Below the pieces are notes generated by a model. It did not search any database. It saw nothing but the letters and a program-made list of their open reading frames with translations, and was not told where the DNA came from. Source: Nitrospirota bacterium (GTDB lineage: Bacteria > Nitrospirota > Nitrospiria > Nitrospirales > Nitrospiraceae). Taken from it: 64,000 nucleotides of DNA. The stretch lies in NCBI GenBank assembly GCA_030684575.1, contig JAUXVD010000021.1, positions 92,633-156,632 on the forward strand. The letters are read 5' to 3'. Both the position numbers and the translations under genes were made by a program. The first letter of the stretch is position 1, and the number at the start of each line of letters is the position of its first letter. Positions 35,047 to 43,982 of the stretch are shown here, one piece after another.

Positions 35047-35280
35047 CTATTCGTCGTCGTCCTCATCCTCCATATCCAACACTTCCTGCCGCTTCTGCTC
35101 TTCCATCGCATTAACCAGGAGCATTCGGATAAATAGCGAATAGAGCGAGCCTTTCTCCAGCGTCCCACCTGGAGGAATGGCGATCTTGCCTTCCTTGATC
35201 ATGCGATCCATCCAGATCTTTTGATCAGGCGCGATCAAGATCGAAAGCTCGACTAGCCCCACACGTCCCATCATATCCAT
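35047..35280 (-). CDS. hypothetical small acidic-tailed protein
   Basis: ATG at 35280 preceded by GAAGGGGG. 77 aa ending in EDEDDDE. No domain recognised. Confidence 0.45.
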   Translation of the reverse strand: MDMMGRVGLVELSILIAPDQKIWMDRMIKEGKIAIPPGGTLEKGSLYSLFIRMLLVNAMEEQKRQEVLDMEDEDDDE

Positions 35281-35415
35281 AGTCCGGCCCCCTTCTATTT
35301 CGTTACATCTTTCCCATCGACATGCAGGCATTTCAGCATGCGAATTTCTTCATTGTCAACAAAACGGGAACGGCCTACGTCCTTCTGGCATAAACCCTGC
35401 TGAGCAACTTATCGC

Positions 35416-36066
35416 ATGGAACGTTTCCGACAAATATTGCGCGTCGTGAGACATGCCCCCTGCAGCTGTCTGCTGGTCTCCCTCTGGACCATACTCTGCT
35501 TGGTCGCCATACCTCATGAGGGGCAGACTCAGTCAACCACCGCGCCGCCCTCCTCATTACCCACCACTCCGTTATCACCCGATGCCACCACCACCGACCC
35601 ACGCTCCTCCTGCGATCTCTGTTGGAAGCCTGAACCACGAGCTGGGAGTACCGTCCGTCCCCATCGACCTCACCGTGAGAAGGGACTCCATCCTCATAAG
35701 AAGCCCAAAGGACTACGACGATCCAGCAGCAAAAGCTTCCGATCGATGCTTCGTCGGCAAGCCCCCACATCGCTGAGTGGTGTCGAGCGCACAGTCGACG
35801 GTCGGCAAGTCCACGTGGTCGACGGTGACACCTTTCGCTATGGGACCGAGCGCGTCAGACTCCGGGGCATCGACACGCCTGAACTCAACGAGCCAGGCGG
35901 ACAGGGAGCCAGACTACGGCTGATAGAATTGCTTCGCAATGGACCGGTCCGCATCGTCCCGCATGGGCGAGATCTCTATGATCGCCTCGTGGCCGATGTC
36001 TTCGTGAACGGGCAGAATGTGGCTGAGACGCTTCGGGTAGATGGTTTCGCAAAGCCCCACTTTTAA
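35416..36066 (+). CDS. thermonuclease (staphylococcal nuclease, SNase-like)
   Basis: VVDGDTFRYGTERVRLRGIDTPE ... DLYDRLVADVFVNGQNVAETLRVDGFA. N-terminal signal/low-complexity linker. Confidence 0.75.
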   Translation: MERFRQILRVVRHAPCSCLLVSLWTILCLVAIPHEGQTQSTTAPPSSLPTTPLSPDATTTDPRSSCDLCWKPEPRAGSTVRPHRPHREKGLHPHKKPKGLRRSSSKSFRSMLRRQAPTSLSGVERTVDGRQVHVVDGDTFRYGTERVRLRGIDTPELNEPGGQGARLRLIELLRNGPVRIVPHGRDLYDRLVADVFVNGQNVAETLRVDGFAKPHF

Positions 36067-36671
36067 GCCTCACAAGATCCAGCCAAAGACCCTTGGACTT
36101 ATGTTGTCACCTGATAGGGAGACCTAGGTGAATTATCCGAGCATTGCAATGCAAGAAGAATCTTTCAGGGGCTAGGTCCGACAACGATGGTGTTCGAAAA
36201 AAGTGATTCCCACAGATGTGCTCTAACCCTGTCCAGACTCCAGGCATAGAGGAGATGTATCATGTAACAACATAAATCTGGCATGGGCTGAGCGCTGTGG
36301 CCAACGACGCGCTGATTGCGCCGGTGTGAGGCGTCATCTACAAAGCAATCGAGCCGGCTCCGGCTTCTTTCGACGCCTCGATTGATTCGCCGCCGCCAGG
36401 AAGAAAACTAAGAGGTCAGACCCCTTCATCTCGCGATCTGAGGATTAGGAATATCGCGTGACGTCATAATTCTACGACATCTCTATATTGATCGTGATAG
36501 AGACCACGGGCCGCGTTACCAGTATAAGAGGATCCTTGGACTTCTCTCCGGACTCGTGCCAGGATATTGAATGGCTCACATCCTATCCGCAGAATATTCG
36601 ACATTCTGTCGCTTCCACGATGGTGCTAAGAGACCGGAGACAGGTTTACCAGCCGGATCCCATCCAGCCCC

Positions 36672-37826
36672 ATGACCCCCGGATCTTTCTACTCGAACCT
36701 GCGCAGTTTTTCCGAATTCCGAGAGCTTGCACACGACCGCCATTTCTCACCTATTCCGCACGACTGGTTTATTGTAGTCACCGACGTGAAGGAATCTACG
36801 AAAGCGATTTGCGACGGACGATACAAAGACGTGAACACGCTCGGGGCAGCGTCAATTGCCACAACATACAAGGCGATGGAGGGCGTAGACTTCCCGTACG
36901 ATTTCGCCGGGGACGGGGCGACGCTGGCCGTTCCACCTCATCGAATTACGGCTGTGCTCGACGCATTGGCCGCCTTGAAAGCATTGGCACAGGCACAATT
37001 CAATTTGGATTTGCGCGTGGGGAGGGTCCTGGTTTCCGAGCTGATCGGTGAAGGAGTGCGGGTCGATGTGGCCAAATTTGAGTTGGCGTCAGGAAAATGC
37101 ATCGCGATTTTTCAAGGTGGTGGATTGGTATTGGCTGAAAAGAAAGTGAAACACGAGCCCGCAGCCTATGAAGTCAAGGCCTCAACGCAGAAAGACGCAA
37201 CACTGGACAATCTTTCATGTCGTTGGAATGCCATTCCCAACCGCCACGGCCGCGTATTGTCCCTGCTTGTCCTGGTGCGTTTCGGACGGAGCAAGAAGGT
37301 CTACCACGACGTGCTCGAAGAGCTCGATCGCATTCTCGATGGAGGATTGGACCAAGCGAACCCGGTCAACGTACCGTCCATGACCTACAAATCCTTCTCC
37401 GAATGCGTTGCCGACGAACGGCGGTACCACTGGTCATGGATCTCATTTGCCTTCCTCGCCAGGCTCCTGGAGATCTTCCTCGCCGTCCTGATTTTCAAGT
37501 TCAAGGTTGATCCGTTGGTGATGGACCCCGCTCACTACAAAAATGCCATGCGTATCCACTCGGACTATCGAAAATTCGCCGACGTGCTTCGCGTCGTCAT
37601 CGACTGCTCTCAAAAGAATGTGGATGACATACGCGCCTATCTTGCGACCCTCTATGAAAAAGGGGAGTTGTATTACGGCCTCCATGAGTCCGATAGCTCG
37701 CTCATGACCTGTTACGTCAACAGCACCGACGACGGCCAACACGTCCACTTTATTGACGGAGGGGAAGGCGGGTATGCCATGGCATCGGTCCAACTAAAAA
37801 AACAAATCAACTCCAAGGGTTTGTGA
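36672..37826 (+). CDS. DUF3095 family protein (nucleotide-cyclase-like N-terminal domain)
   Basis: FYSNLRSFSEFRELAHDRHFSPIPHDWFIVVTDVKESTKAICDGRYKDVN...FAGDGATLAVP matches my memory of DUF3095. The two Asp-containing strands resemble class III cyclase / GGDEF palm metal sites. Confidence 0.65.
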   Translation: MTPGSFYSNLRSFSEFRELAHDRHFSPIPHDWFIVVTDVKESTKAICDGRYKDVNTLGAASIATTYKAMEGVDFPYDFAGDGATLAVPPHRITAVLDALAALKALAQAQFNLDLRVGRVLVSELIGEGVRVDVAKFELASGKCIAIFQGGGLVLAEKKVKHEPAAYEVKASTQKDATLDNLSCRWNAIPNRHGRVLSLLVLVRFGRSKKVYHDVLEELDRILDGGLDQANPVNVPSMTYKSFSECVADERRYHWSWISFAFLARLLEIFLAVLIFKFKVDPLVMDPAHYKNAMRIHSDYRKFADVLRVVIDCSQKNVDDIRAYLATLYEKGELYYGLHESDSSLMTCYVNSTDDGQHVHFIDGGEGGYAMASVQLKKQINSKGL

Positions 37827-38052
37827 CAGGCTCCCACCAGGATCGAGCAGGATGAACAACCACTCTTCACTGATTGATGTAAGAAGAGGAATGGGCGAAG
37901 CCCGTCGACTCGACGACCATCGGTCCGATCACCACGCGATAAGCCCGCAAATCACGAGATGCAGTGGAGCGACGCCGGCATCGCTGATGCCGACTGCCGA
38001 TCGAATCCGGTAATTAGGACAGCACGAGAGAGTGAGGAAGGTTACGAGTGAG

Positions 38053-38166
38053 TTACGGCTTCTTCTTGTTCTTATCAGACGGGTTCTCGGAAAACAGCAA
38101 CCATCCGAGTACGATGAATCCTATCGCGACACCGGTGATGGCGAGCCAGGTTCCGAGCTTGTCCAT
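38053..38166 (-). CDS. 37-aa single-TM micro-protein (not in ORF track)
   Basis: Hand translation gives MDKLGTWLAITGVAIGFIVLGWLLFSENPSDKNKKKP. Its ATG directly follows the ybgC-like stop codon, with no spacer. Confidence 0.5.
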   Translation of the reverse strand: MDKLGTWLAITGVAIGFIVLGWLLFSENPSDKNKKKP

Positions 38167-38568
38167 TTAATGACTCCTTGTGGGACCAGACTGTAGTGCG
38201 GCGACCATCGCCTTGTCGAGGCGCTTCACCTTCCCGTTGCCATCTGTTGCCGCCAGCCGTGCCGAGCCTTCGACGATCACTCGCTGACTTTCCCGTTCTC
38301 TAATCATGTGCGAACAGGTGAAGGAGGCTGCCGTCACGTCGGAGACGACCGTCTCGATGACCAGCGTATCGCCATAACGAGCGGAAGACCGGTAATCAAC
38401 CTCGGCATGTACCACGACAAATACCGTGCCTTCTTTCATAAGCCCGGCCACTGACAATCCTCGTTCTTCAAGATACTGTGTCCGCGCCCGCTCAAAGTAT
38501 TTGAGATAGTTCGCGTAATACACGACCCCGCCGCAATCGGTATCCTCGTAGTAGATCCTGACTTCCAT
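38167..38568 (-). CDS. YbgC/4HBT-family acyl-CoA thioesterase
   Basis: MEVRIYYEDTDCGGVVYYANYLKYFERARTQYLEERG is the classic hotdog-fold YbgC N-terminus. Confidence 0.85.
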   Translation of the reverse strand: MEVRIYYEDTDCGGVVYYANYLKYFERARTQYLEERGLSVAGLMKEGTVFVVVHAEVDYRSSARYGDTLVIETVVSDVTAASFTCSHMIRERESQRVIVEGSARLAATDGNGKVKRLDKAMVAALQSGPTRSH

Positions 38569-39873
38569 CTACAGAGCCAAGACTGGAAACTTCGGGAGCG
38601 ACGCCTCATGCACCCCTGTGAGTCTCAACGCGACGTCATACAACTGCTGGACCCGCTCGGCCTTGACCGGCTCGAAGCCATGACCGAGGACGGCATGGCT
38701 GGCCGCGTCGAGCAGCGGCTTCATCGTTGGCCATTCACGCAAAAAGGCTTGGCCCATCTGATCGCCCAATCCGGCCAGCGTACGAAACTGTGCCTGCAAC
38801 GGCAGTTTGTACTTGCCGTCGAGATCTTCCACCCAGCACGTCCGGCAGGTTTCTCGTAGCGCCTCAGGCAATTGCTCCGGCAGCACGTCCCAGGTTTTGA
38901 TCTGGTGCTGCTTGAACAGTTGTCGTTGGGCAAAGGCTTCGAGCGCACGAACCAACGAGACCATCGCGATCTCCGGATCATGCGCGCCACGCAGTCGCCG
39001 ACCGGCATGGGCCAGCAAATCGATAGGCTGCATGTCTTTGACCGGAGCAGGATCGAGCACGAGCCTTTCCAGAAATCCCGCATTCGCTTTGATCGGGGGA
39101 AGGACCGCGTTGAGTCCTGGCGGTCCGCCCCACAATGCCGCCATTTCGAAAGCCTTCACGGCATGCTTCAGCTTCTCCCAGGCCTGACGGTACTGGAATC
39201 GCTCCCAGAGATCGTAGCCATCTGCCAGATCTGCAAAGGCGCGATAGAGCGGCTTCTGCCCCCCGCTCACCCTAGCTTCGAGCTCGCGAAACAGCTTCGC
39301 CGATGCGGCAAACAATCCCCGATTGAACAGCTCGCAGCCCTCGCGGCGCGAGACCGAGGCCGCTTCATCCCAGGGATTGCCCTGCGTCCAGAGAAACGGC
39401 TGTCCGGCGATATCGATCCGATCCTCTTCCTGTCCCTCTCGCGCCGGCACGAGCGAGACGATCCGCGAACTGAGAGACAAGGTGGCCAGCGTGAGCGCAC
39501 CCGCCATGGCCGGAGTCGCCCCGGTTACATCGACGACGAGCTCGCCTGGCTGCACATCCCACGTATGCAACATCTCAGGGAGCGCCTGGGCGAGCGCCCG
39601 ATAACAGCCGACAAAGTCGTCGGTCTCCGCCAGGACCACCCAATCCCACCGTCTGGGCATATGTTCAATTTTCGGTTGGACGTCGGCTTCGACGAGGGCT
39701 TTCGCCCCTTCCGGCAACACAAAACAAAGCGAGTCCGGCTGCAGACGATTAATCGAGTAGACCGCCGCCGCCGTATGGCCGGTGAGGGAGATCACTAACG
39801 CTTTCACTGGTTGGTCATGCGCCATTGGGCGCGGACTATACCACAGGACGGCGCAAATTCCTTCCGGCTTCAT
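38569..39873 (-). CDS. orphan CARF-domain protein, Cas02710 (TIGR02710)-like
   Basis: VKALVISLTGHTAAAVYSI (beta1). VVDVTGATPAMAGALTLA (compare the CARF DxTGGTKxM motif). DLLAHAGRRLRGAHDPEIAMVSLVRALEAFAQRQL and C-terminal SHAVLGHGFEPV resemble the family. Start ambiguous (39915, 39873 or 39825). The stop TAG abuts the ybgC-like ATG. Confidence 0.6.
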   Translation of the reverse strand: MKPEGICAVLWYSPRPMAHDQPVKALVISLTGHTAAAVYSINRLQPDSLCFVLPEGAKALVEADVQPKIEHMPRRWDWVVLAETDDFVGCYRALAQALPEMLHTWDVQPGELVVDVTGATPAMAGALTLATLSLSSRIVSLVPAREGQEEDRIDIAGQPFLWTQGNPWDEAASVSRREGCELFNRGLFAASAKLFRELEARVSGGQKPLYRAFADLADGYDLWERFQYRQAWEKLKHAVKAFEMAALWGGPPGLNAVLPPIKANAGFLERLVLDPAPVKDMQPIDLLAHAGRRLRGAHDPEIAMVSLVRALEAFAQRQLFKQHQIKTWDVLPEQLPEALRETCRTCWVEDLDGKYKLPLQAQFRTLAGLGDQMGQAFLREWPTMKPLLDAASHAVLGHGFEPVKAERVQQLYDVALRLTGVHEASLPKFPVLAL

Positions 39874-40037
39874 GCCCTGCCTTCGCCGAAACGGCTTCGC
39901 GCAGGCAGGTCGCATCGCTCAAGGCCCCACCCTCCGCATCGGCCGTTCGACCGCCCCATCAGTCTTCGCCTCTCTGAGCCATCGATTCATGATCACGCAA
40001 CGTGCGTTCTGCTTGACGGTCTCCGGAAACACGCTTA

Positions 40038-40163
40038 GCAGGCTGTTGACAAAGGCCGCCAGCGGCGTTCTCGCGGCGCGCAGAGGCTCAACGTACTGCG
40101 GAGAGTACGCTTCGCCTCTCCGTTTGCTGCGGCCTTGCTGGACGGCCTTTCTGAACAGCCTGC
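40038..40163 (-). repeat. family C element, copy 6 (opposite orientation)
   Basis: GCAGGCTGTTGACAAAGGCCGCCAGCGGCGTTCTCG...GTACTGCGGAGAGTAC...CGGCCTTTCTGAACAGCCTGC. Preceded by TAG although no credible gene ends there. Confidence 0.8.
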
Positions 40164-40300
40164 GACGACGTCTGCCAGCAGCTGCAACTGTTCTGACATG
40201 CGTATCTCTGCAGTGGCTTGGTAGTTTGTGAACAACCTGTTAGACTTTCCTGACGCGCGACATCCTCACAACTCTTTCGAATACTCAATGAGGTCTCTCG

Positions 40301-40735
40301 ATGATCTGGTGGTATTGGATGTTCTTCGGCCTCGTCCTGCTCGGCCTCGAAATGGCCACGCCCGGGGGCTTCTATATTATCTTCTTCGGACTGGCGGCTC
40401 TGATCGTCGGCAGTCTCACCGGCCTGGGATTCGCCCAAGCGGAATGGCTCCAGTGGTTCTTGTTCTCAAGTCTCGCGATCCTATCCTTGCTGGTGTTCCG
40501 CGGACCGTTATTGGCCTGGATCAACAAACAGGACAAGGACCTGCCTGCCGTGGACTCACTCGCGGGAGAAAGCGCGATCCCCATTGAAGACTTGCTGCCA
40601 GGCGCTACCGGCAAGGCTGAGCTGCGCGGCACCTCCTGGACTGCCCACAATGCCGGGACGGTCCCTTTGACAAAGGGTCAGCGATGCACCGTCAAGCGGG
40701 TCGAGGGACTCACCATCTGGATATCGGCGGATTAA
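40301..40735 (+). CDS. NfeD family membrane protein
   Basis: Three N-terminal TM helices plus a C-terminal OB-like GKAELRGTSWTAHN...VKRVEGLTIWI. Upstream of the SPFH gene. Confidence 0.8.
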   Translation: MIWWYWMFFGLVLLGLEMATPGGFYIIFFGLAALIVGSLTGLGFAQAEWLQWFLFSSLAILSLLVFRGPLLAWINKQDKDLPAVDSLAGESAIPIEDLLPGATGKAELRGTSWTAHNAGTVPLTKGQRCTVKRVEGLTIWISAD

Positions 40736-40769
40736 GCAGGGGAAACCCGGAACGAACACGAAGGAGTGA

Positions 40770-41711
40770 ATGATGACCGAAGGACTCTTTATCATGCTGG
40801 TCTTAGCCTTGCTTGTGTTGATCGTCGTCGGCAAGACCGCCGTCGTTGTGCCACAGCAAAGCGCCTATGTGGTCGAGCGACTCGGCAAATACGCCGCCTC
40901 ACTAGATGCAGGGTTTCATATCCTCCTCCCCTTCATCGACCGTATTCGCTATAAACATTCGCTCAAGGAAACGGCCATCGACATCCCCGAGCAGGTCTGT
41001 ATTACCCGCGATAACGTGCAGGTGTCGGTGGACGGCATCTTGTACCTCAAGGTCTTAAACCCTCAGCGCGCGTCGTACGGCATCAGCGACTATAATTTTG
41101 CCCTGATCCAACTGGCGCAGACCACGTTGCGAAGCGAGATGGGCAAGATTGAACTCGACCGGACATTCGAAGAACGGACGAACATCAATATCCAGGTCGT
41201 CAACGAACTCGACAAGGCCTCAGATCCCTGGGGCGTCAAAGTCCTCCGGTACGAAATCAAGAACATCACTCCCCCGAAGGGCGTGTTGGACGCCATGGAA
41301 AAGCAGATGCGGGCGGAGCGGGAGAAGCGGGCGGTGATTCTCACGTCCGAAGGCGAACGCGACGCAGCCATCAACCAGGCCGAGGGCGAGAAGCAACAAG
41401 TGATCAAAGCCTCCGAGGCCAAGAAACAACAACAGATCAACGAGGCAGAGGGGGCGGCATCGGCCATCCTCGCCATTGCGCAGGCCACGGCTGAGGGACT
41501 GCGCAAGGTCGCAGAGACGATCCAGATCCCGGGCGGTCAGGAAGCCGTTCAGCTGCGCGTGGCAGAACAGTACATCACCAAGTTCGGCGAGTTGGCAAAG
41601 ACGACCAACACGTTGATTCTGCCTGCGACGGTCTCCGATGTCGGCTCCATGATCGCCTTGGCGATGAGCGCCATCCGGCAGACCGGTCCCCTCACCACCA
41701 TCAAGTCATAA
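40770..41711 (+). CDS. SPFH/Band 7 (stomatin-like) protein
   Basis: N-terminal TM. VPQQSAYVVERLGKY...GFHILLPFIDRI...DNVQVSVDGILYLKV typical of QmcA/stomatin. Confidence 0.88.
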   Translation: MMTEGLFIMLVLALLVLIVVGKTAVVVPQQSAYVVERLGKYAASLDAGFHILLPFIDRIRYKHSLKETAIDIPEQVCITRDNVQVSVDGILYLKVLNPQRASYGISDYNFALIQLAQTTLRSEMGKIELDRTFEERTNINIQVVNELDKASDPWGVKVLRYEIKNITPPKGVLDAMEKQMRAEREKRAVILTSEGERDAAINQAEGEKQQVIKASEAKKQQQINEAEGAASAILAIAQATAEGLRKVAETIQIPGGQEAVQLRVAEQYITKFGELAKTTNTLILPATVSDVGSMIALAMSAIRQTGPLTTIKS

Positions 41712-41766
41712 CTGGTCGATACGTCACGTTTGACAGGTGACGGAGGGTTGCCTAGAATCGCGTCAC

Positions 41767-42345
41767 ATGAAAGATCTTATACTCAGTGCCTTTGCCGACA
41801 GCGCCGCCGTCAAGCAACAGTTCGCGCGCGACTATGCCGATCGTATCGCACAAGTCGCCACGTTAATGGTTGCGGCCTTCCGCCAAGGACGCAAAGTCTT
41901 ATTGTTCGGCAACGGTGGCAGCGCCACGGATGCGGCCCATCTCGCAGCTGAATTCGTCGGGCGCTATAAACGCGAGCGGGCTCCCCTTCCGGCCATCGCG
42001 CTGGCCACCGACATCGCCGCCATCACCTGCATCGCCAACGACTACGGCTTCGAGGAACTCTTTGCCCGGCAAGTGCGCGCCCATGGCCAACAAGGCGACA
42101 TCGCCATTGCCATCAGCACCAGCGGTAATTCACCGAACGTCTTGAAGGGTGTGGAGGCCGCGCGGGCTTGTGGCCTCACGACCATCGGGTGGACTGGTGG
42201 AACCGGTGGAAAACTGGCCGGGCTGGTGGAATACCCCTTCGTCGTGCCTTCGACCGTGACGGCCCGCATTCAAGAAAGTCACATCACGCTCGGCCACGTC
42301 CTGTGTGAACTCATTGAGGAACAGCTCCTTGGCAAAGACTCCTGA
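41767..42345 (+). CDS. gmhA: phosphoheptose isomerase (SIS domain)
   Basis: LLFGNGGSATDAAHLAAEFVGRY and ISTSGNSPNV motifs. ATG at 41767. Confidence 0.85.
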   Translation: MKDLILSAFADSAAVKQQFARDYADRIAQVATLMVAAFRQGRKVLLFGNGGSATDAAHLAAEFVGRYKRERAPLPAIALATDIAAITCIANDYGFEELFARQVRAHGQQGDIAIAISTSGNSPNVLKGVEAARACGLTTIGWTGGTGGKLAGLVEYPFVVPSTVTARIQESHITLGHVLCELIEEQLLGKDS

Positions 42346-43321
42346 CCGGCAACGGCCCCCCATTACGACCCCGAAGCTGATCGCACCGATCAATGTGACG
42401 GATCTCACGACCTATCCGCTCAAGAAGCGGCACAGTAAGGTTCGCGTCGCCGACTTTGCCCGCCCCTGGCATCGAGGGGGCAGCTTCAGCCAGTTCTATC
42501 GCTCGCTGCCGGATATCCTCGGCGTGAAAACGTTGCGCGCGGTTGCCAAAGCCATCGCCAAGGCCCATCGCAAGGGCCGGCCGGTCATCGTAGGCATCGG
42601 CGCCCACGTCGTCAAGGTCGGGTTGAATCCGATTCTCGTGGACCTGATGCAGCAAGGAATCGTATCGGCCGTGGCCATGAACGGCGCCGGGATCATTCAT
42701 GATTTCGAATTAGCGCTCATGGGACATACCTCCGAGGAAGTCGACGCAGAAATCGACGCGGGACGCTTCGGAATGGCGGAAGAAACCGGCCGCATGCTGA
42801 ACGAGGCGATCGTCCGCGGTGCCCACGATCGCGAGGGACTCGGCGAATCGGTCGGCCACTACATCAACCGGCGCCAGGGGCAGTTTCCCAATCGCGAGAC
42901 GAGCATCCTCGCGACCGGAGCACGGCTTGGTATTCCCGTGACTGTGCATGTCGCCATCGGGACCGACATCATCCATATGCATCCTTCCGCAGACGGAGCC
43001 GCCATTGGCGCGACGTCGCTCCTGGATTTTCGGCGGCTTGCGGCCGTCGTCTCAGGGATGGAGGGAGGCGTCTACCTCAATCTCGGCTCTGCCGTCATTT
43101 TGCCGGAAGTCTTCCTCAAGGCGGTGTCGCTGGGACGCAATTTGGGCCATGATCTGACCAACATTACGACCGTGAACATGGACTTCCTCGCACACTACCG
43201 CCCGCTGACCAACGTGGTACGGCGACCGACCCAGAAGGGCGGGAAGGGCTACTCCCTCATCGGCCACCATGAAATCATGGTGCCGCTGCTCGCCGCAGCC
43301 GTGCACGAAGAATTGGGGTAA
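42305..43321 (+). CDS. conserved hypothetical protein, tentatively deoxyhypusine-synthase-like fold (start uncertain)
   Basis: IVGIGAHVVKVGLNPILVDLMQQGIVSAVAMNGAGIIHDFELAL resembles the DHS-like pattern. The annotated start overlaps gmhA by 41 nt. Confidence 0.45.
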   Translation: MNSLRNSSLAKTPDRQRPPITTPKLIAPINVTDLTTYPLKKRHSKVRVADFARPWHRGGSFSQFYRSLPDILGVKTLRAVAKAIAKAHRKGRPVIVGIGAHVVKVGLNPILVDLMQQGIVSAVAMNGAGIIHDFELALMGHTSEEVDAEIDAGRFGMAEETGRMLNEAIVRGAHDREGLGESVGHYINRRQGQFPNRETSILATGARLGIPVTVHVAIGTDIIHMHPSADGAAIGATSLLDFRRLAAVVSGMEGGVYLNLGSAVILPEVFLKAVSLGRNLGHDLTNITTVNMDFLAHYRPLTNVVRRPTQKGGKGYSLIGHHEIMVPLLAAAVHEELG

Positions 43322-43331
43322 CCCCCGCCCT

Positions 43332-43982
43332 ATGGCTCCACGCCAAGCCCCTCCAGTCACCTCACAGCAGTTGACCAAGATGTGGGTCGATCTCAATACT
43401 CGCTACTTCACCGGCCTGCTGCCTCCGATCGATCTCGTATGGAGCCGTCGATTGACCTCGTCGGTCGGTATGTTCGTGAGTCGTCGAGGCCCGAAGCCAC
43501 GGCTGGATCAAGACGGGCTTCGCCCTCCCGTCACGCGTGAAATTCGCCTCTCCCTTCCCCTGCTCCAACAGGTCGTCCAGACAAGCGAGTATGGGGAGCA
43601 GGAGATCGTGAATACGCTCGCGCACGAAATGATTCACCAATGGCAGTTCGACATCCTCAAGCGGCGGCCAAATCATCGCCAGGACTTTCTGCGCAAGATG
43701 ACCGAGATGAATCGAGACGGGACCCTCGCGATCACTATCTACCATTCGTTGCAGAAGGAAGTCCTCGCACTGACACGATTCGCCTGGCGCTGCCGGCAAT
43801 GCGGCAGACTGTACCAACGACAACGACGGACGATTCAACCGCGGCGGCACCATTGCGGCATCTGCCGCGGAGCGTTACAAGAATTGCGGTCGGTAGGTCA
43901 GCCCCAGCTCGCGGCACCGGCACCGCCGCCAACACCAGCCCCCACTCTGTTGCAGCGAATCCAATTATCGTTTAGGTTCTAA
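43332..43982 (+). CDS. SprT-like zinc metalloprotease domain protein with C-terminal zinc ribbon
   Basis: HEMIHQWQF (HExxH) and CRQCGRLY...HHCGIC. Confidence 0.75.
   Translation: MAPRQAPPVTSQQLTKMWVDLNTRYFTGLLPPIDLVWSRRLTSSVGMFVSRRGPKPRLDQDGLRPPVTREIRLSLPLLQQVVQTSEYGEQEIVNTLAHEMIHQWQFDILKRRPNHRQDFLRKMTEMNRDGTLAITIYHSLQKEVLALTRFAWRCRQCGRLYQRQRRTIQPRRHHCGICRGALQELRSVGQPQLAAPAPPPTPAPTLLQRIQLSFRF

Noticed and set aside
37960-37985. Short hairpin CGGCATC-gct-GATGCCG between the DUF3095 gene and the micro-ORF
   Set aside because: It has only a 7-bp stem and no U-tract. That is too weak to call a terminator.
38872-39798. 308-aa plus-strand ORF
   Set aside because: It is antisense to the CARF-like gene and has an Arg-rich composition with no motifs. 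The minus frame has recognisable CARF features and tight coupling to downstream genes.
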